Shown here piece after piece: positions 26,612-40,039 of a stretch of 64,000 bases of DNA (its first letter is position 1; each line of letters starts with the position of its first letter). Position numbers and translations under genes: made by a program. The DNA comes from Chiloscyllium plagiosum (taxonomy: Eukaryota): contig NC_057719.1 in the NCBI RefSeq assembly GCF_004010195.1, forward strand, positions 7,659,028 to 7,723,027, in the 5' to 3' direction. The notes below the pieces were generated by a model. The model did not search any database and was not told where the DNA came from. It saw only the letters and a program-made list of their open reading frames with translations.

Positions 26612-27065
26612 GATGTGGAGGTGCTGCTGTTGGACTGGGGTGGACAAAGTCACACGACACCAGGTTTATTTGAAATCACAAGCTTTCGGAGCGCTGCTCC
26701 TTCACCAGGTGAAGAGAGGGAAAAGAGCACACATACACATTTGTAGAATTTGTACATACACAGGGTTTGTAGGCAGAGAGATCAAGAGCAGAGAGATCAT
26801 GCAACTGGTGATTGGTGTGTTGATTAATAAGTCTTTGTAGGTGACCAAGAGAGTTAGACACCATGAGTAAAGTGTCAACAGCTGAATAACAAGGCCTATA
26901 ATCCAATTAAATGAGGCAGAGAGATAATTACATAATTACAAAAAATTAAAAATAAGGTGATGCTGGAGACAAGCTAAATGACTGGAATAATATGATAGGG
27001 AGAAGAGTCACGTGCTAAGGGCCTAACCAAAGTAATACATAATCCAAAACTGTGCAAACTAATTA
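26612..27065 (-). mobile_element. Penelope-like element 3' end/pLTR (family A)
   Basis: Reverse strand cacctggtgaaggagcagcgctccgaaagcttgtg...aaacctggtgtcgtgtgac. Confidence 0.7.
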
Positions 27066-27358
27066 TGGTTGAGAATTCAAAACAATTATGATTGTGTTAA
27101 AAAGAACATAAAAAATAAGAGTAGGAATGGTTAATTGTCTCTCTGACCCGACTGCAACTATTGAGTATCCTAAAACCCATTGATCTTTGTCTTCATATAT
27201 ATCCGCAGGTTTCTGGGGCAGATCATTCTGCGATGATGATGTCACTTTATTTTTTATTTTGTTTGAGGGGAGGTTGTAAGGCAGAGGTGCAGAGCCATCT
27301 CTGAGAAAGTAACAATTTGTGAGGCCATGGGTTTTCTTAAAAGTCAATGGAAGCTGCT

Positions 27359-27703
27359 GGAACAGTGGTTCAGTGGTTAGCACTGCTGCCATAAGGCAGC
27401 AGGGACCCAGGTTCAATTCCACCCTTGGGTGACTGTCTGTGTGGAGTTTGCACATTCTCCCCGTGTCTGTGTGGGTTTCCTCCAGGTGCTCCGGTTTCCT
27501 CCTACAATCCAAAGATGTGTAGTTTAGGTGAATTGGCCATGCTAAATTGCCCACAATATCCAGGGATGTGTAGGCTAGGTGCATTAGTCAGGGATAAATG
27601 AAGAGTGATAGGGGAATGGGTCTGAATGGAATAGTCTTCCGAGAGTCAGTGTGGACTTGCTGGGCCCAAGGGCCTGTTTCCACGCTGTAGGGATTCTATG
27701 ATT
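27359..27703 (+). mobile_element. HE1-like V-SINE
   Basis: tggttagcactgctgcc, ggttcaattcc, V-domain and CR1-like tail. Confidence 0.85.
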
Positions 27704-28457
27704 CAGCCTGGGTTGGGGCCAGCCCTCACAGACTGGGCGTTTTAGTTTTAAGCAGACCCATTTTGACAAGTTGTGACACAGCAGCTCTGTGCACAGAGGA
27801 ACATACTAAACTAACCAAAGTGTACAATATAGACTTTGTTTAAGGCAACAAAGCATACTTCTGGGGTTAAAACAAAAAGCATTATTTGGTCAGAGTGATT
27901 TGTTTCCAAGGTGATATTTCTTGTAAATATTGAGAAAGCAGACGGTGTTCCAATGTAAAGGACCAAATATAATAGGTGCAGCAATACATATCTCCTTTTC
28001 ACTTGTATTGGCAGCTAACTGGTCCAACCTAGATACCAAGAACAATGTTGCTTAACATCCTAATAGCAGGCACCTTTTGGTATAAGGGGATATAGCCAGT
28101 GTTAAAGCAGAGGAATTGTGAGGGAAGATGCTATGTCTCTTTTAATTGATTGGTTATTGTTAGTGACGTGCCACTTCTTAAGATGCACAGGGGTAGGGCA
28201 TTATTAAGTAGAGCACTTAAAGAGAGAGCCAGAGGGAGGTGGGTGAGGAGAAAGCAGACATCCATGATACTGTATTTTGTAAATTAAGCAATCATCAAGA
28301 AACCTATTCGTACTTAGATTCACACTTCAACCATTGCCTTGGGGTTGGGGTAACTTGGTTGCTGCACATTTCTGGCACAAGATAGACTTTTGACCAGTCT
28401 TCCGTATGGGACCTTGTCATTATATCTTACTAAAATCCATGTAGACAACATCCACTG

Positions 28458-28957
28458 NNNNNNNNNNNNNNNNNNNNNNNNNNNNNNNNNNNNNNNNNNN
28501 NNNNNNNNNNNNNNNNNNNNNNNNNNNNNNNNNNNNNNNNNNNNNNNNNNNNNNNNNNNNNNNNNNNNNNNNNNNNNNNNNNNNNNNNNNNNNNNNNNNN
28601 NNNNNNNNNNNNNNNNNNNNNNNNNNNNNNNNNNNNNNNNNNNNNNNNNNNNNNNNNNNNNNNNNNNNNNNNNNNNNNNNNNNNNNNNNNNNNNNNNNNN
28701 NNNNNNNNNNNNNNNNNNNNNNNNNNNNNNNNNNNNNNNNNNNNNNNNNNNNNNNNNNNNNNNNNNNNNNNNNNNNNNNNNNNNNNNNNNNNNNNNNNNN
28801 NNNNNNNNNNNNNNNNNNNNNNNNNNNNNNNNNNNNNNNNNNNNNNNNNNNNNNNNNNNNNNNNNNNNNNNNNNNNNNNNNNNNNNNNNNNNNNNNNNNN
28901 NNNNNNNNNNNNNNNNNNNNNNNNNNNNNNNNNNNNNNNNNNNNNNNNNNNNNNNNN
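28458..28957. other. Assembly gap (exactly 500 N)
   Basis: Run of N flanked by non-contiguous CR1 pieces of opposite orientation. Other gaps: 30036-30096, 60269-60368, 61562-61826. Confidence 0.98.
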
Positions 28958-29608
28958 AAGAATGAGATAGATATTGTTTTTAGGGCTAAATGAATCAAAC
29001 AATATGAGATGAAGGTGTGGAGGAGGCTTTTGAGTTGGATGATAAGCTGTGATAATATTGATTGGTGGACCAGGCTCAGAGGCTGATTGGCCTACCCCGA
29101 TTCTAATTTCTACATCTTCCCCATTCACCTCCCACTCTGTCCATCACCCAACAGCAGATCAATAGCCATGGACCTGAATAACCCTCCTCTCCAGGAGCTT
29201 TGCTCCTTTGTAAACAAGTCTCTGACTGCTCCTGGCTTTCTCCTGAATGAACACTGTGGGGAGGAGACATACGGGGCATGAGAGAAGCTCATGAGAAAGG
29301 TCTGAGTGCTAACAAGTGACACCATGTTATGGATTCATGTCCCACTCCAGCACACAAATCAAGTCTGAAACTCCGGGGCAGAAGCACGTCCAGTGGTGTA
29401 CTGCTAATACATTTAGATTCAGAATCCAGGCTAATGCTCTGGGGTGGTGGGTTCAAATCCCACCACGGCAATCTGTGGAGTTTTAATTCAATCACCAAAT
29501 TCTCAGCAGGACTGCAATCACCAATTGTCATAAAGATCCATTCGGTTCATTCGTGCCCTTTACAGAAGGAAATCTGCCATCCTAACCTGGTCTGGCTGCT
29601 GAGCCACA

Positions 29609-30469
29609 ATGGCTTAAAGGTAGAAGACAGAGGGTGGTGGTGGAGGGTTGTTTTTCAGACTGGAGGCCTGTGACCAGTGGAGTGCCACAAGGATCGGTGC
29701 TGGGCCCTCTACTTTTTGTCATTTACATAAATGATTTTGATGCGAGCATAAGAGGTACAGTTAGTAAGTTTGCAGATGACACCAAAATTGGAGGTGTAGT
29801 GGACAGCGAAGAGGGTTACCTCAGATTACAACAGGATCTGGACCAGATGGGCCAATGGGCTGAGAAGTGGCAGATGGAGTTTAATTCAGATAAATGCGAG
29901 GTGCTGCATTTTGGGAAAGCAAATCTTAGCACGACCTGTACACTTAATGGTAAGGACCTAGGGAGTGTTGCTGAACAAAGAGACCTTGGGGTGCAGGTTC
30001 ATAGCTCCTTGAAAGTGGAGTCGCAGGTAGACAGGNNNNNNNNNNNNNNNNNNNNNNNNNNNNNNNNNNNNNNNNNNNNNNNNNNNNNNNNNNNNNGTTT
30101 ACAAAATTATGAGGGGCATGGATAGGATAAATAGGCAAAGTCTTTTCCCTGGGGTCGGGGAGTCCAGAACTAAAGGGCATAGGTTTAGGGTAAGTGGGGA
30201 AAGATATAAAAGAGACCTATGAGGCAACTTTTTCACGCAGAGGGTGGTACGTGTATGGAATGAGCTGCCAGAGAATGTGGTGGAGGCTGGTACAATTGCA
30301 ACATTTAAAAGGCATTTGGATGGGTATATGAATAGGAAGGGTTTGGAGGGATATTGGTCGGGTGCTGGCAGGTGGGACTAGATTGGGTTAGGATATCTGG
30401 TCGGCATGGATGGGTTGGACCGAAGGGTCTGTTTCTATGCTGTACATCTCTATGATTCTATGATTCTAT
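29609..30469 (+). mobile_element. CR1 3' half inserted into a SINE
   Basis: [23 protein letters not shown], 3'UTR and (tctatgat)n end. Confidence 0.9.
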
Positions 30470-31593
30470 GTGGCTGACTCTAAGCTGCCTCTGAAATGAC
30501 TTGGGAGGGCACTCACTCCAAGGGCATTTAGAGATGGGCAACAAACTTTGGACTTGCCAGTAAGGTCCACATCCCATGAAAGGATTCTAAAAATTTTATG
30601 TGTTACCTTTTACGTCATCGTACTTACTGGGACAAGCACAATCAGATCAGATTCAATACTGAGTCAGATGAGGAGCTATCAGGGCAGATGATGAATTCAT
30701 GAAATGTGGTTACTACTGGGAGGAGAGAAACCAAACTGTAAACAGCAAACTGCATGAACAGTGTAGAGGTACGATATGGTCTAAGGACGCAACACATTGC
30801 CAAGAGACCCGTGAGTATTACCCTGCTCTCCTTAAAGCATTACCAAGGGATCTTTGACCTCCACCTGAGAGAGGAGACGGAATCTGTGGTTTAAAATTTC
30901 ATCGGAAAGATGGTAAAGGGAGTTGGAAAGGTCCAGGGAGGGAATTCCAGAGGTTAGGAATTTGGCAGCAGAAGGCATGACCAGCAAGTGACAAAAATGG
31001 AGATATGGGGTCAAAATAATTTCTATTTTTCCTCCGAGAGCTCCTCATGAAATTTTCTCATGGTCGACTTTTTCATTTTCAGGAACTACATTTCAGTTTT
31101 TGGGGACATTTATATTCTTAGTAATCCCTATAAAAGGTGATGAAGTCTCATGAAAACAATGCCTTCTGTATCTGTGGTAACAAGTGGGTCGCTGGCTTCA
31201 TAAGGAAACAGAATGAGAAGAATTTTATCGGTTTCTACGAGATCACCTCATTCCTCTAACCTCCAGTGAAGAATGTCCTATCCAATCCAATAAGAAAAGG
31301 AACTGTAGTCAGGAGGACGACTTCACGAACCCACTCAAAATATTTAAGTTCCTTATAATATTACTCTTTACACTTGCAGAGTATGTACAATGAAGTTTTA
31401 AATCCACAGCCAGTCTTTCTTCATTTGATTCCTATAATAGGGATAGGGCAGAAGGTGATTAGATGATTATGTGCCACCATTAAGCTGCAGAGAGAATGGG
31501 AAGACGTTACAAATAATCGTCAAGTGTGAAGGCAATGCTTCAATGATGATGATGTTAGCCACTAATGCAGCCGAACAGTAAATGTAATACCTA

Positions 31594-31698
<105 letters not shown>

Positions 31699-31939
31699 TC
31701 ACAATTTAAAAAGATGCATTCAATTCTGTCACATATAAGCTTTGATGCTTTACAGTGAGGCTTTTATTGACAGGTAAACGATACGGAGCGATAGAACCAA
31801 CTTGGTGGGGGAAGGGAGCCATGACAAGCAACACTGAAAGAAATGCCATACTCCACATGGAGAATAAGTAACAACAAACCAGTGGAGAACAGGATAAAGA
31901 GGCAGCAGATTGACCCCTCATCCTATTCCTATACTGACT

Positions 31940-32860
31940 GCATTTTAACCCTGCAGTTACCCCATATCCTGACCCAACATTAATCTCGTGTTAGCCCTGC
32001 ATTGACCCTCTCACCCTGACCCCATCTGAACTCTGCAGTGACCCCCTCATCCTGACTTCATACTGTCTCCTTGCCCTGACCCTTTTCTACCACATAATAA
32101 CGCTGCACTGACACTTCACCCTGATGCTATACTGAACCCATAATAACCCTGCACTGACCCTTCACCTTGACCCTAGACAGACCCCATAGTAACCCTCCAC
32201 TGACCCTTCACCCTGGCCCCATAACCCTGCACTGACCTATCATCTTGACCCTATACTAACCCCATAATAACCCTGCACTGACCCTTCACCCTGATGCTAT
32301 ACTGATCCTATAATAACCCTGCACTGACCTATCACCTTGATCCTATACTAACCCCATAATAACCCTGCACTGACCCTTCATCCTAATGCTATACTGACCC
32401 CATAATAACCCTGCACTGACCCTTCAGTCTGAAGTTATACTGACCCTATAATAACTGTGCACTGATCCTTCACCTTGACCCTATACTGACCCCATAATAA
32501 CCCTGTACTGACCTATCACCTTGACGCTATATTAACCCCTTAATAACCCAGCACGGACTCTTCACCTTGACTCTATACTAACCCCATAATAAAACTGCAC
32601 TGACCCTTCACCCCCCCCCATACTGACCCCATAATAACCCTGCACTACTGACTCCACACCTTGACCCGATACTAACCCCATTATAACCCTGCACTGATCC
32701 TTCACCCTGACCCTATACTAACCCCTGCACTGACCCTTCACCTTGACCCTATACTGACTCTATAATAACCCCGCAGTGACTCCACACCTTGACCCAATAC
32801 TAACCCTATAATAACCCTGCACTGACTCCACATCATTGACCCTATCCTGATCCCTGTCCA
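31940..32860. repeat. 46-bp minisatellite (about 16-17 units plus degenerate flank) in TSHR intron 6
   Basis: Consensus cataataaccctgcactgacccttcaccttgaccctatactgaccc. ataataa recurs at 32402, 32448 and 32494. Confidence 0.9.
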
Positions 32861-33469
32861 GACTCTTATCCCGATGCTGTGCTGCTCCTTTTCCTGATTT
32901 TTACATTGGCACGCTCTGCCAGGATGATATGCCTGATTTGAAAGTGGACTTAATGCCCTTTGCTGATGGAATGCTGCAACACACACAGAGTATTTCATCA
33001 GGTTGTGGAGCAGGAACAGAGAGTTACTTGGCAGGGGTGCAAGTGAGCTTCAGTTAACCAGGATTGGATTTCTTGGAACTGGGACAGGTTTCTCAGTTTA
33101 AGAAGCTGTTGAATGCCAGATCAGGCTTAGAATTTGCCAAGGTGACTTTAGCCTGGCAGTTCTTTCAGAGGCTGGGAGCTGGATTCAAGGTCAACAAACC
33201 TAAGTCAGCTGAGGTGAAATTAGTATGAAACAACCCTGGATTGGCATTCTCAACCTGCCCATAAATACATGCTGACCATTTTAAAGCCACGACCATGCCC
33301 TTGACTCTCAGCTCTGAGATCTCGGAGCTCCTCCAATTCTGACCTCTTGCCCTTCCTGGATTTGCTTGACTTCGCTCTGGGCTGCTGCTGGACCCAACCT
33401 CCTAACACTAAGCTCCGGAGACCCCCTCCCTAATCTCTCGACCTCTTCCCACCTTTAAGACCAAGGTTA

Positions 33470-34200
33470 TGTACGTTGGCAGGAAGGGTCAGAAGAACTG
33501 AATATTACTTAAATGGAGAAATAAGGCAGAAAGGATTTGAGGGTCCTCCTGCATAAATCACAAAGAGCTAGCATCCAAGTTGAGCAAATAATAGGGAAGG
33601 CAATAGCATGTTGGCCTTTATTCCAAAGGGATTGGAATATAAACGTATGGAGGTTTTGCTAAAACTATACAAGGAACTAGACAGACCACAACTGGAACTC
33701 TGTGAGCAGTTTTGGGCCCCTTATCAAGGGAAAGAAATAGAGGCATCAGAGGCAGTCCAGAGAAGGTTCACTCGACTGATTCCACATATGTAGGGACTAT
33801 CTTGTGAAGAGAGGTTGACCAAGTTGAGCCTGTACTCATTAGAGTTTGGAAGAACAAGAGCTGTTTAACACATACAGCATTTAAAGGTTGTTTCCCCCTT
33901 GTGGGAGAGTGCAGGGCCAGAGGGAATCATCTCAGAATAACATTTCACACATTTAACACAGAGGTGAGGAGAAATTTCCCCTCTCAGAAGGTACTGGACC
34001 TGTGGAATTCTTTACCACATAGGGCTGTTAAGGCTGAGCCATTAAGTATATTCAAGGCTGAGATAGATAGATTTCTAATCAGTAAGGAAATCCATGGTTA
34101 TGGGGACAAGGCAGAAGGGTGGAGTTGAAGATGATCACACTGAATTGCTGGAGTGGACTTGATGGGCTGAATGGTCTACTTCTTTTCTGACTTGTATGGC
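33470..34200 (+). mobile_element. CR1 3' fragment
   Basis: MLAFIPKGLEYK...RPQLELCEQFWAP and FPSQKVLDLWNSLP. Confidence 0.8.
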
Positions 34201-34449
34201 CTTAAGAATCTCCTTTAAATTGATCTCCTTGACAAAATTGTAGCTTCTCATTATTGTTTCATTCTATTGAACCCTTCCATCACCTGCATCCTTCCTAAAT
34301 TGTGGTGCCCAGAACTGGACACAATACTCCAGTTGAGACAGAACCAGGGTTTTACTCTTCATAAGATGCTTGCGTTGTACTTTATGCCCTTATTTTTAAA
34401 ACCTAGGATCCTGTATCCTTTATTATTCACATCATTTCAGATTACTTCT

Positions 34450-34788
34450 GGGTGGCATGGTTGCTCAGTGGTTAGCACTGCTGCCTCACCATTTGACTCC
34501 AGCCTTGGGTTACTGTCTGTGTGGAGTTTGCACATTCTCCCCTCGTGTCTGTGTGGGTTTCCTCCGGGTGCTCTGGTTTCCTCTCACAATCCAAAAATGT
34601 GCAGGTTAGGTGAATTGGTCATGTCAAATTGCCCATAGTGTTCAGGGATGTGTAGCTTAGGTGCTTTAGTCAGGGGTAATGTAAAGTAATAGGGTAGGAA
34701 ATTGGGTCTGGTGAGTTACTCTTCAGAGGGTCGATGTGGACTTGTTGGGCCAAAGGTCCTGTTTCCACACTGTAGGGGTTCTATGATT
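34450..34788 (+). mobile_element. HE1-like V-SINE nested in an antisense CR1 remnant
   Basis: Head, V-domain and tail as in other copies. Confidence 0.8.
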
Positions 34789-35159
34789 CCCATTCCCAGG
34801 TCCTCTCTTTTTGACCCACACATTTTTCTATTGCATCTCCTCATTCTTCCCACAAAAATGAACTCACACTTCTCTGCATTCAACTTATCCATCTATTCCA
34901 TCAAATGTTGATATACTCTTAAAGTTCATCACTATCTTCCTTACAGTTTGCAATGTTTTCAAATTTTGAGTCAGCTGCAAATTCTGAAGTTGTGCTTTTG
35001 TGTCCCAAAGTCTAGTTATTAATATATATCAGACAATGTGTTGGTCCTAACACTGAAAACCTTGAGAAATCCCCACTATTTACCATCCACCAATTAGAAC
35101 AGCAAATGTTCATCGCTACTCTCCATTTCCTGTCACTCAGACAATTTCACATCCATTCA

Positions 35160-35880
35160 AGCAGCATCCGACGAGCAGCAAAATCGACGTTTCGGGCAAA
35201 AGCCCTTCATCAGGAATAATTCACAGTTCCTCAGATACTGAAGCAGTCTCTGCCTGTATACAGTAAGACCTGGGTGATATCCAGCATTGACCTCATAATG
35301 TGCAAAGGGTACAAAAGGTGAGTGGGGGAGGAGATGACGGTGATAGGTCAGGGAGGAGAGGGTGGAGTGGATAGGTGGAAAAGGAGCTAGGCAGGTCGGA
35401 TAAGTCCGGACAGGTCAAGGGGACAGTGCGGGCTGGAAGTTTGAAACTAGGATGAGGTGGGGGAAGGGGAAATGAGGAAGCTGTTGAAGTCCACATTGAT
35501 GCCCTGGGGTTGAGAGACTGGGCGCCTCCTAGCAGAGCGCTTTAGGGAACATCTCCGAGACACCCGCACCAATCAACCAAACCGCCCCGTGGCCCAACAT
35601 TTCAACTCCCCCTCCCACTCTGCCGAGGACATGGAGGTCCTGGGCCTCCTTCACCGCCGCTCCCTCACCACCAGACGCCAGGTAGTCACGGAGGGAACGG
35701 TCTTTGCGGAAGGCGGAAAGGGGTGGGGAGGGAAATATATCCCTGATGGTGGGGTCTTTTTGGAGGTGGCGGAAATGTCGGTGGATGATTTGGTTTATGC
35801 GAAGGTTGGTAGGGTGGAAGGTGAGCACCAGGGGGTTCTGTGAACTGTAAAACCTGTGCCCACACCTCCTCCCTCACCTG
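35160..35880. mobile_element. Scrambled Penelope-like (Neptune-like) fragments
   Basis: ETGRLLAERFREH...VAQHFNSPSH (+), LTFHPTNLRINQII...SLRDYL (-), CKTCAH linker (+), pLTR with hammerhead (-). Confidence 0.75.
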
Positions 35881-36645
35881 CTATCTGACTCTGTGCATGT
35901 TGTATCTTCTTACTAATACTTCCCACAACCCTGTCAAATTAGTTAAAACGCTATTCAATTCCACTGGCAAACGATCATAAGAACATGAAACATAACAAAC
36001 CTAAAAGCCTAAGAGCTGGGAGAAGGAGGCTGTTCCTCAAGCCCTGCTCTGCCATTTGATATGATCATGGTTGATCTCAGTTTGGCCTCAACTCCCAATC
36101 TCCTGCCCGCTCTCTCCAATCCTTCAACCCATCCCCTCCTCAAATATACTCAATGGCCCAGCATCCACTGCTCTCTGGGGTAGTGAATTTCACAGGTTCA
36201 CACCCTTTCACAGAAGTAATTTCTCCTCATCTCTGTTTTACACCTGTCATCCTTAATCCTAAATCTATGACCTTTTGTTCTATTGCCACACACAAGTCAG
36301 CTTTGTGGATCCCCTTCAGCAGCTCATACACCTCATTTCGATCTCCTCTCATTCTTCTAAACCCCAGAGAGTAAACTGCTCAAGCTCTCTTCAGAAGACA
36401 AACCTCCATCATTTCTGGAATCCATCTCGTGAAGCTCCTGTGAACTGCCTCCAGTGCAACTACATCCCTCCGCAATTAAGGAAACCAAAGTTGTATGCAC
36501 TGTTCCTTGATTAAACTCTCCTCTTCAGCTTCTGACAGCGATACTCACAAGCAGGGCCAGTGTTAACTATGGGCTGTACTAGGGGCATGAATTCAAAAAA
36601 GAATCCTTTGCAGTGTTCTGGATTTTAAACAATTTCATAGGATAC

Positions 36646-36879
36646 TTTAGTAATTGTAACAAGATCAGCCAGGTGGACCTCACAGAATAGGAGTTCCCTG
36701 ACTTTTGCTGTTAATCTGGTCCAATCAGAGCCCTGACTGACAGATATAAATAAGAGTGTCAGAGGTTCTGTTCACTCTGAGAGCTGGCTCTGAGGGAGCC
36801 TGATCAGTGACTCGCACTATGCACGTGTAAATAAAGAGTAACTTGTTGACAGGATACCAGCCTCTGTGCAGTTATTTTA
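36646..36879 (+). mobile_element. Solo LTR, same family as 20002-20235
   Basis: ccaatcag, gatataaa, aataaag...gacaggataccagcctctgtgcagttat. Confidence 0.6.
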
Positions 36880-37113
36880 GCTATGACTGTGCCTTCACAG
36901 AATGATGTAAACGCCAGAAGGTTGTTTTGGCTGTGGATGGCATTGTGTTACTCTGTGATGATCCAGCACTCATGGTAAAGAGGAGGAGAAGATGGATTAC
37001 CTGCCTGTTAATTATCTTTTAGTCAATCACAATGTACACATGTTACTGCATCTCTCTCTGGGTGTCAGTGCAGGAGTGGGTGTACCATAGGAAGTGGGTT
37101 TTATGCTATCACC

Positions 37114-37274
37114 TAGGAGAAAGTGAGGACTGCAGATGCTGGAGATCAGAGCTAAAAATGTGTTGCTGGAAAAGCGCAGCAGGTCCTGAAGAAGGGCTCA
37201 TGCCCGAAACATTGATTCTCCTGCTCCTTGGATGCTGCCTGACCTGCTGCGCTTTTCCAGCAACACATTTTCAG
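37114..37274. mobile_element. Fold-back Penelope pLTR cassette (family B)
   Basis: ctgaagaagggctcatgcccgaaac; 14-bp TSD tttatgctatcacc at 37100-37113 and 37275-37288. Confidence 0.8.
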
Positions 37275-37871
37275 TTTATGCTATCACCCCAAAGTTAAAA
37301 TGAGCCCTGAGACAATTCTCCACTGACTTTGCAGAATAACATCTAACCTGCACAACCTATACACTCAACCAAAACAGTCACCCCCCACTCCCCCTCCCCC
37401 CCCACCATGGGGATGGTGGTGCAGTGGTAATGTCACTGATCTAATAACCCACTAGCCTCTGGCTCATGTTCTGGGGTTTGGGTTGGAACCCTACCATGGT
37501 AGATAGTGAAGTTTCAATTCACCAAAAACTTGGAATTAAAATCTAGCCTGACGGGCATCATGTTAAATGGTAATTTGTTCAGTAATGCCCTTCAGAGAAG
37601 GAAATCTGCTTTCCTCACCTGGTCTGACCCACAGATATGTGAATCTTAACTGCTCTCTGGGTAATAGATGCTTGCCTAGCCTGTGATGCCCATGGATGAA
37701 CTTTCAAAAAAAATCACTAGATTCTGACGAAATTGTAGATCATTATATTATTAATGAATGATTGATATTTGTGAACCTTAAGTCCCCTGGCCATGTCTCC
37801 TCCTCCAATACAGCACCTTCTGCTGGCTGATAGTAAAGGTGACTCTTTAATCACAGTGAAGCTATACTTAC

Positions 37872-37949
37872 AGAGTTAGTGACTCATTGGATAATCCACT
37901 GAAGGCATTTGCAGGGATGGTAGAAATGAAGGGATTGTCAGCAATTTCC
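37872..37949 (-). CDS. TSHR: Thyrotropin receptor exon 6, 78 nt
   Basis: gttttacag|G-EIADNPFISTIPANAFSGLSNESLT-CT|gtaagt. Human equivalent [26 protein letters not shown]. Confidence 0.94.
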
Positions 37950-38329
37950 CTGTAAAACAGAAGAATGTACACAGCTCTCACATAAAGCTGCCCAGAGCTA
38001 ATTCAAAGCAAGCAAACAATTGGCTTCTGTTCCATATGATGAAAAGTATGAGTCTGGAATGAGTTGGTCATTCACAGTGTGTTTCAGAAAGACTCAGAGG
38101 CTTTATGGACCCAGTGATGGAGAACATTACATCCAATCACACAGACTGAGCGGGAACATGCCACTCAGCTCCACCAATCGATATCAGTGCTTATACTCGA
38201 TACGAGCTTGCTCCTCCTCTTCTTCATCCTATTAGTATGTCCATCTATTCATTCATCCTCATGTACATATTTAGATTTTCTGTTAATATATTTATATAGG
38301 TTTCTGGAAGTACAGAACTCCAGTATTGC

Positions 38330-38713
38330 TAAAACGAACGCATTTTATCAAAGCTTTTGATCTTACACCCATCAGGATAATTCACAAGAATACCAAATTA
38401 AAGAAAAACCGGTGGTTGTAGAGAAGAATGCTGGTAGGTAGTTGGTATGTGGACTCTGATTGGTGGAGATGTTGGATCGAGAGTGCATCAGTTAATGATG
38501 ATTGACAATTAAGTGCCAATCTTTATTTAAATTTGAAACCAAGCAGGTTGACCGACTGGTCAAGGATTTGGTATGAGAAATGAATGAGTGAATGGCCATT
38601 CCCTATTTTGATTTGAAAGAGGCAGTGTGTTTACACACTCTTTCTGTCTGCACCAAACAGGGCTCTTTATGTTAACGTAGGTAGCTTCCAGTACACACAA
38701 GTGTGCCACATTG
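38330..38713 (-). mobile_element. Penelope-like element 3' end (further family)
   Basis: Reverse strand NVAHLCVLEATYVNIKSPVWCRQK (GIY-YIG C-terminus-like) and decayed hammerhead cctgatgggtgtaagatcaaaagcttt. Confidence 0.55.
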
Positions 38714-38929
38714 ATATATATCTAAGTCATTCACCTCAACAACTCCGCATGCATGTGAATCCCACCACTCTCGGAGTAAAAGAAGTTGTTCCTGAAGTGC
38801 CAATTTAATAGTGAAACAGATGGAATCAGATCCCATCGTCACCAAAATGGACTGGCATCTGGGCTTCTGGTATTGATGATTATGGGATAATTCAGGGGTG
38901 AAATGAGGGTGGAAGCAGAGAATAGCACC

Positions 38930-39280
38930 ATAGAGTCACAGAGCTGTACAGTACAGAAACAGACACTTCGGTCCAACCTGTCCATGCTGACCAGAATCCC
39001 AACCCAATCTAGTCCCACCTGCCAGCACCTGGTCCATATCCCTCCAAATCCTACCTATTCATGTATCCATTCAGATGCCTTTTAAATGTTGTAATTGTAC
39101 CAGCCTCCACCACTTCCTCTGGCAGCTCATTCCATACCCGTACCACCCTCTGTGTGAAAACGTTGCCCCTTAGGTCTCTTTTATATCTTTCCCCCTCACC
39201 CTAAACCAATACCCTCTAGTTCTGGACTCACCCACCCCAGGGAAAAGACTTTGTCTCTTTATCCTATCCATGCCCCTACA
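38930..39280 (-). mobile_element. CR1 3' end
   Basis: Near-identical to the reverse complement of the 3' part of 17086-17580. Confidence 0.85.
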
Positions 39281-39589
39281 GAGGGAAGCCCATTAAGTTT
39301 GCAACAATAGGGAGGGACTATTCTTTACAATTCAAATAAAAAGGGCCAGAACATGTCATCCCCCGGAAGATTGGCCATTTCAGAGTTCGGAAGATAGAGG
39401 AGATGGTTGTCAGGCATCCAGACACAATGCCCAGTCCATCATAGTTGGTTTTTCAGGATGTGGAGGTGCCATCTGTTGGACTAGGGTGTGACTGGGCAGT
39501 CACATGACACCAGGTTATAGTCTAACAGGTTTATTTGAAATCAAAAGCTTTTGGAGCGCTGCTCCTTCATCAGGTGAAGTCAGACTTTT

Positions 39590-40030
39590 CAGGAGGTTTT
39601 GCCCAAATGTGTGTGGAGTTGGCTTCATGAAGGACACTAGTGTTTGTTCAACAGTGCTCTCATTGAATCCAGAGCATGGGGCAGAGACATTGCTGGAGAA
39701 TAACTCTACTGTAATGGGCCACTGAGACACAGTCCAAGTTGCTGCAGTACTGGAGTGTAGCAATGACGACTGCTTTGTAGACTTGTGGAGGTCTTATTTG
39801 CCAAACACTTGTTGCTGTAGCCTGGCATGATCTGGTCAATGGGGGCCATTCTGCAAGTGATGTCAGCCAAAGGAATGAGAGGTTCCCAACATATTCCAGA
39901 ATTGTAGCTTCAAAACATATGGGAGGTGACCGGGTGTGAGTGATATGAGTTTTGTATTGATAGTTCAGGCCAAACACCTTGTCAGCAGAATTGAAAAGAT
40001 TGGGAGTGGTTGGAAAATCTGGTGCAGGGT
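39590..40030 (-). mobile_element. RTE-clade LINE fragment (further piece at about 42650-43120)
   Basis: VYKAVVIATLQY-like C-terminal motif; KHQDWFGES in the second piece. Confidence 0.5.
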
Positions 40031-40039
40031 GAAATGTAG

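Noticed and set aside
28390..29128. Long ORFs of 191-232 aa
   Set aside because: Artefacts of translating through N runs; likewise at 61315-61950.
30615..30660. Minus-strand gtaagta donor as TSHR exon 8
   Set aside because: The upstream sequence does not translate to an LRR resembling exon 8.
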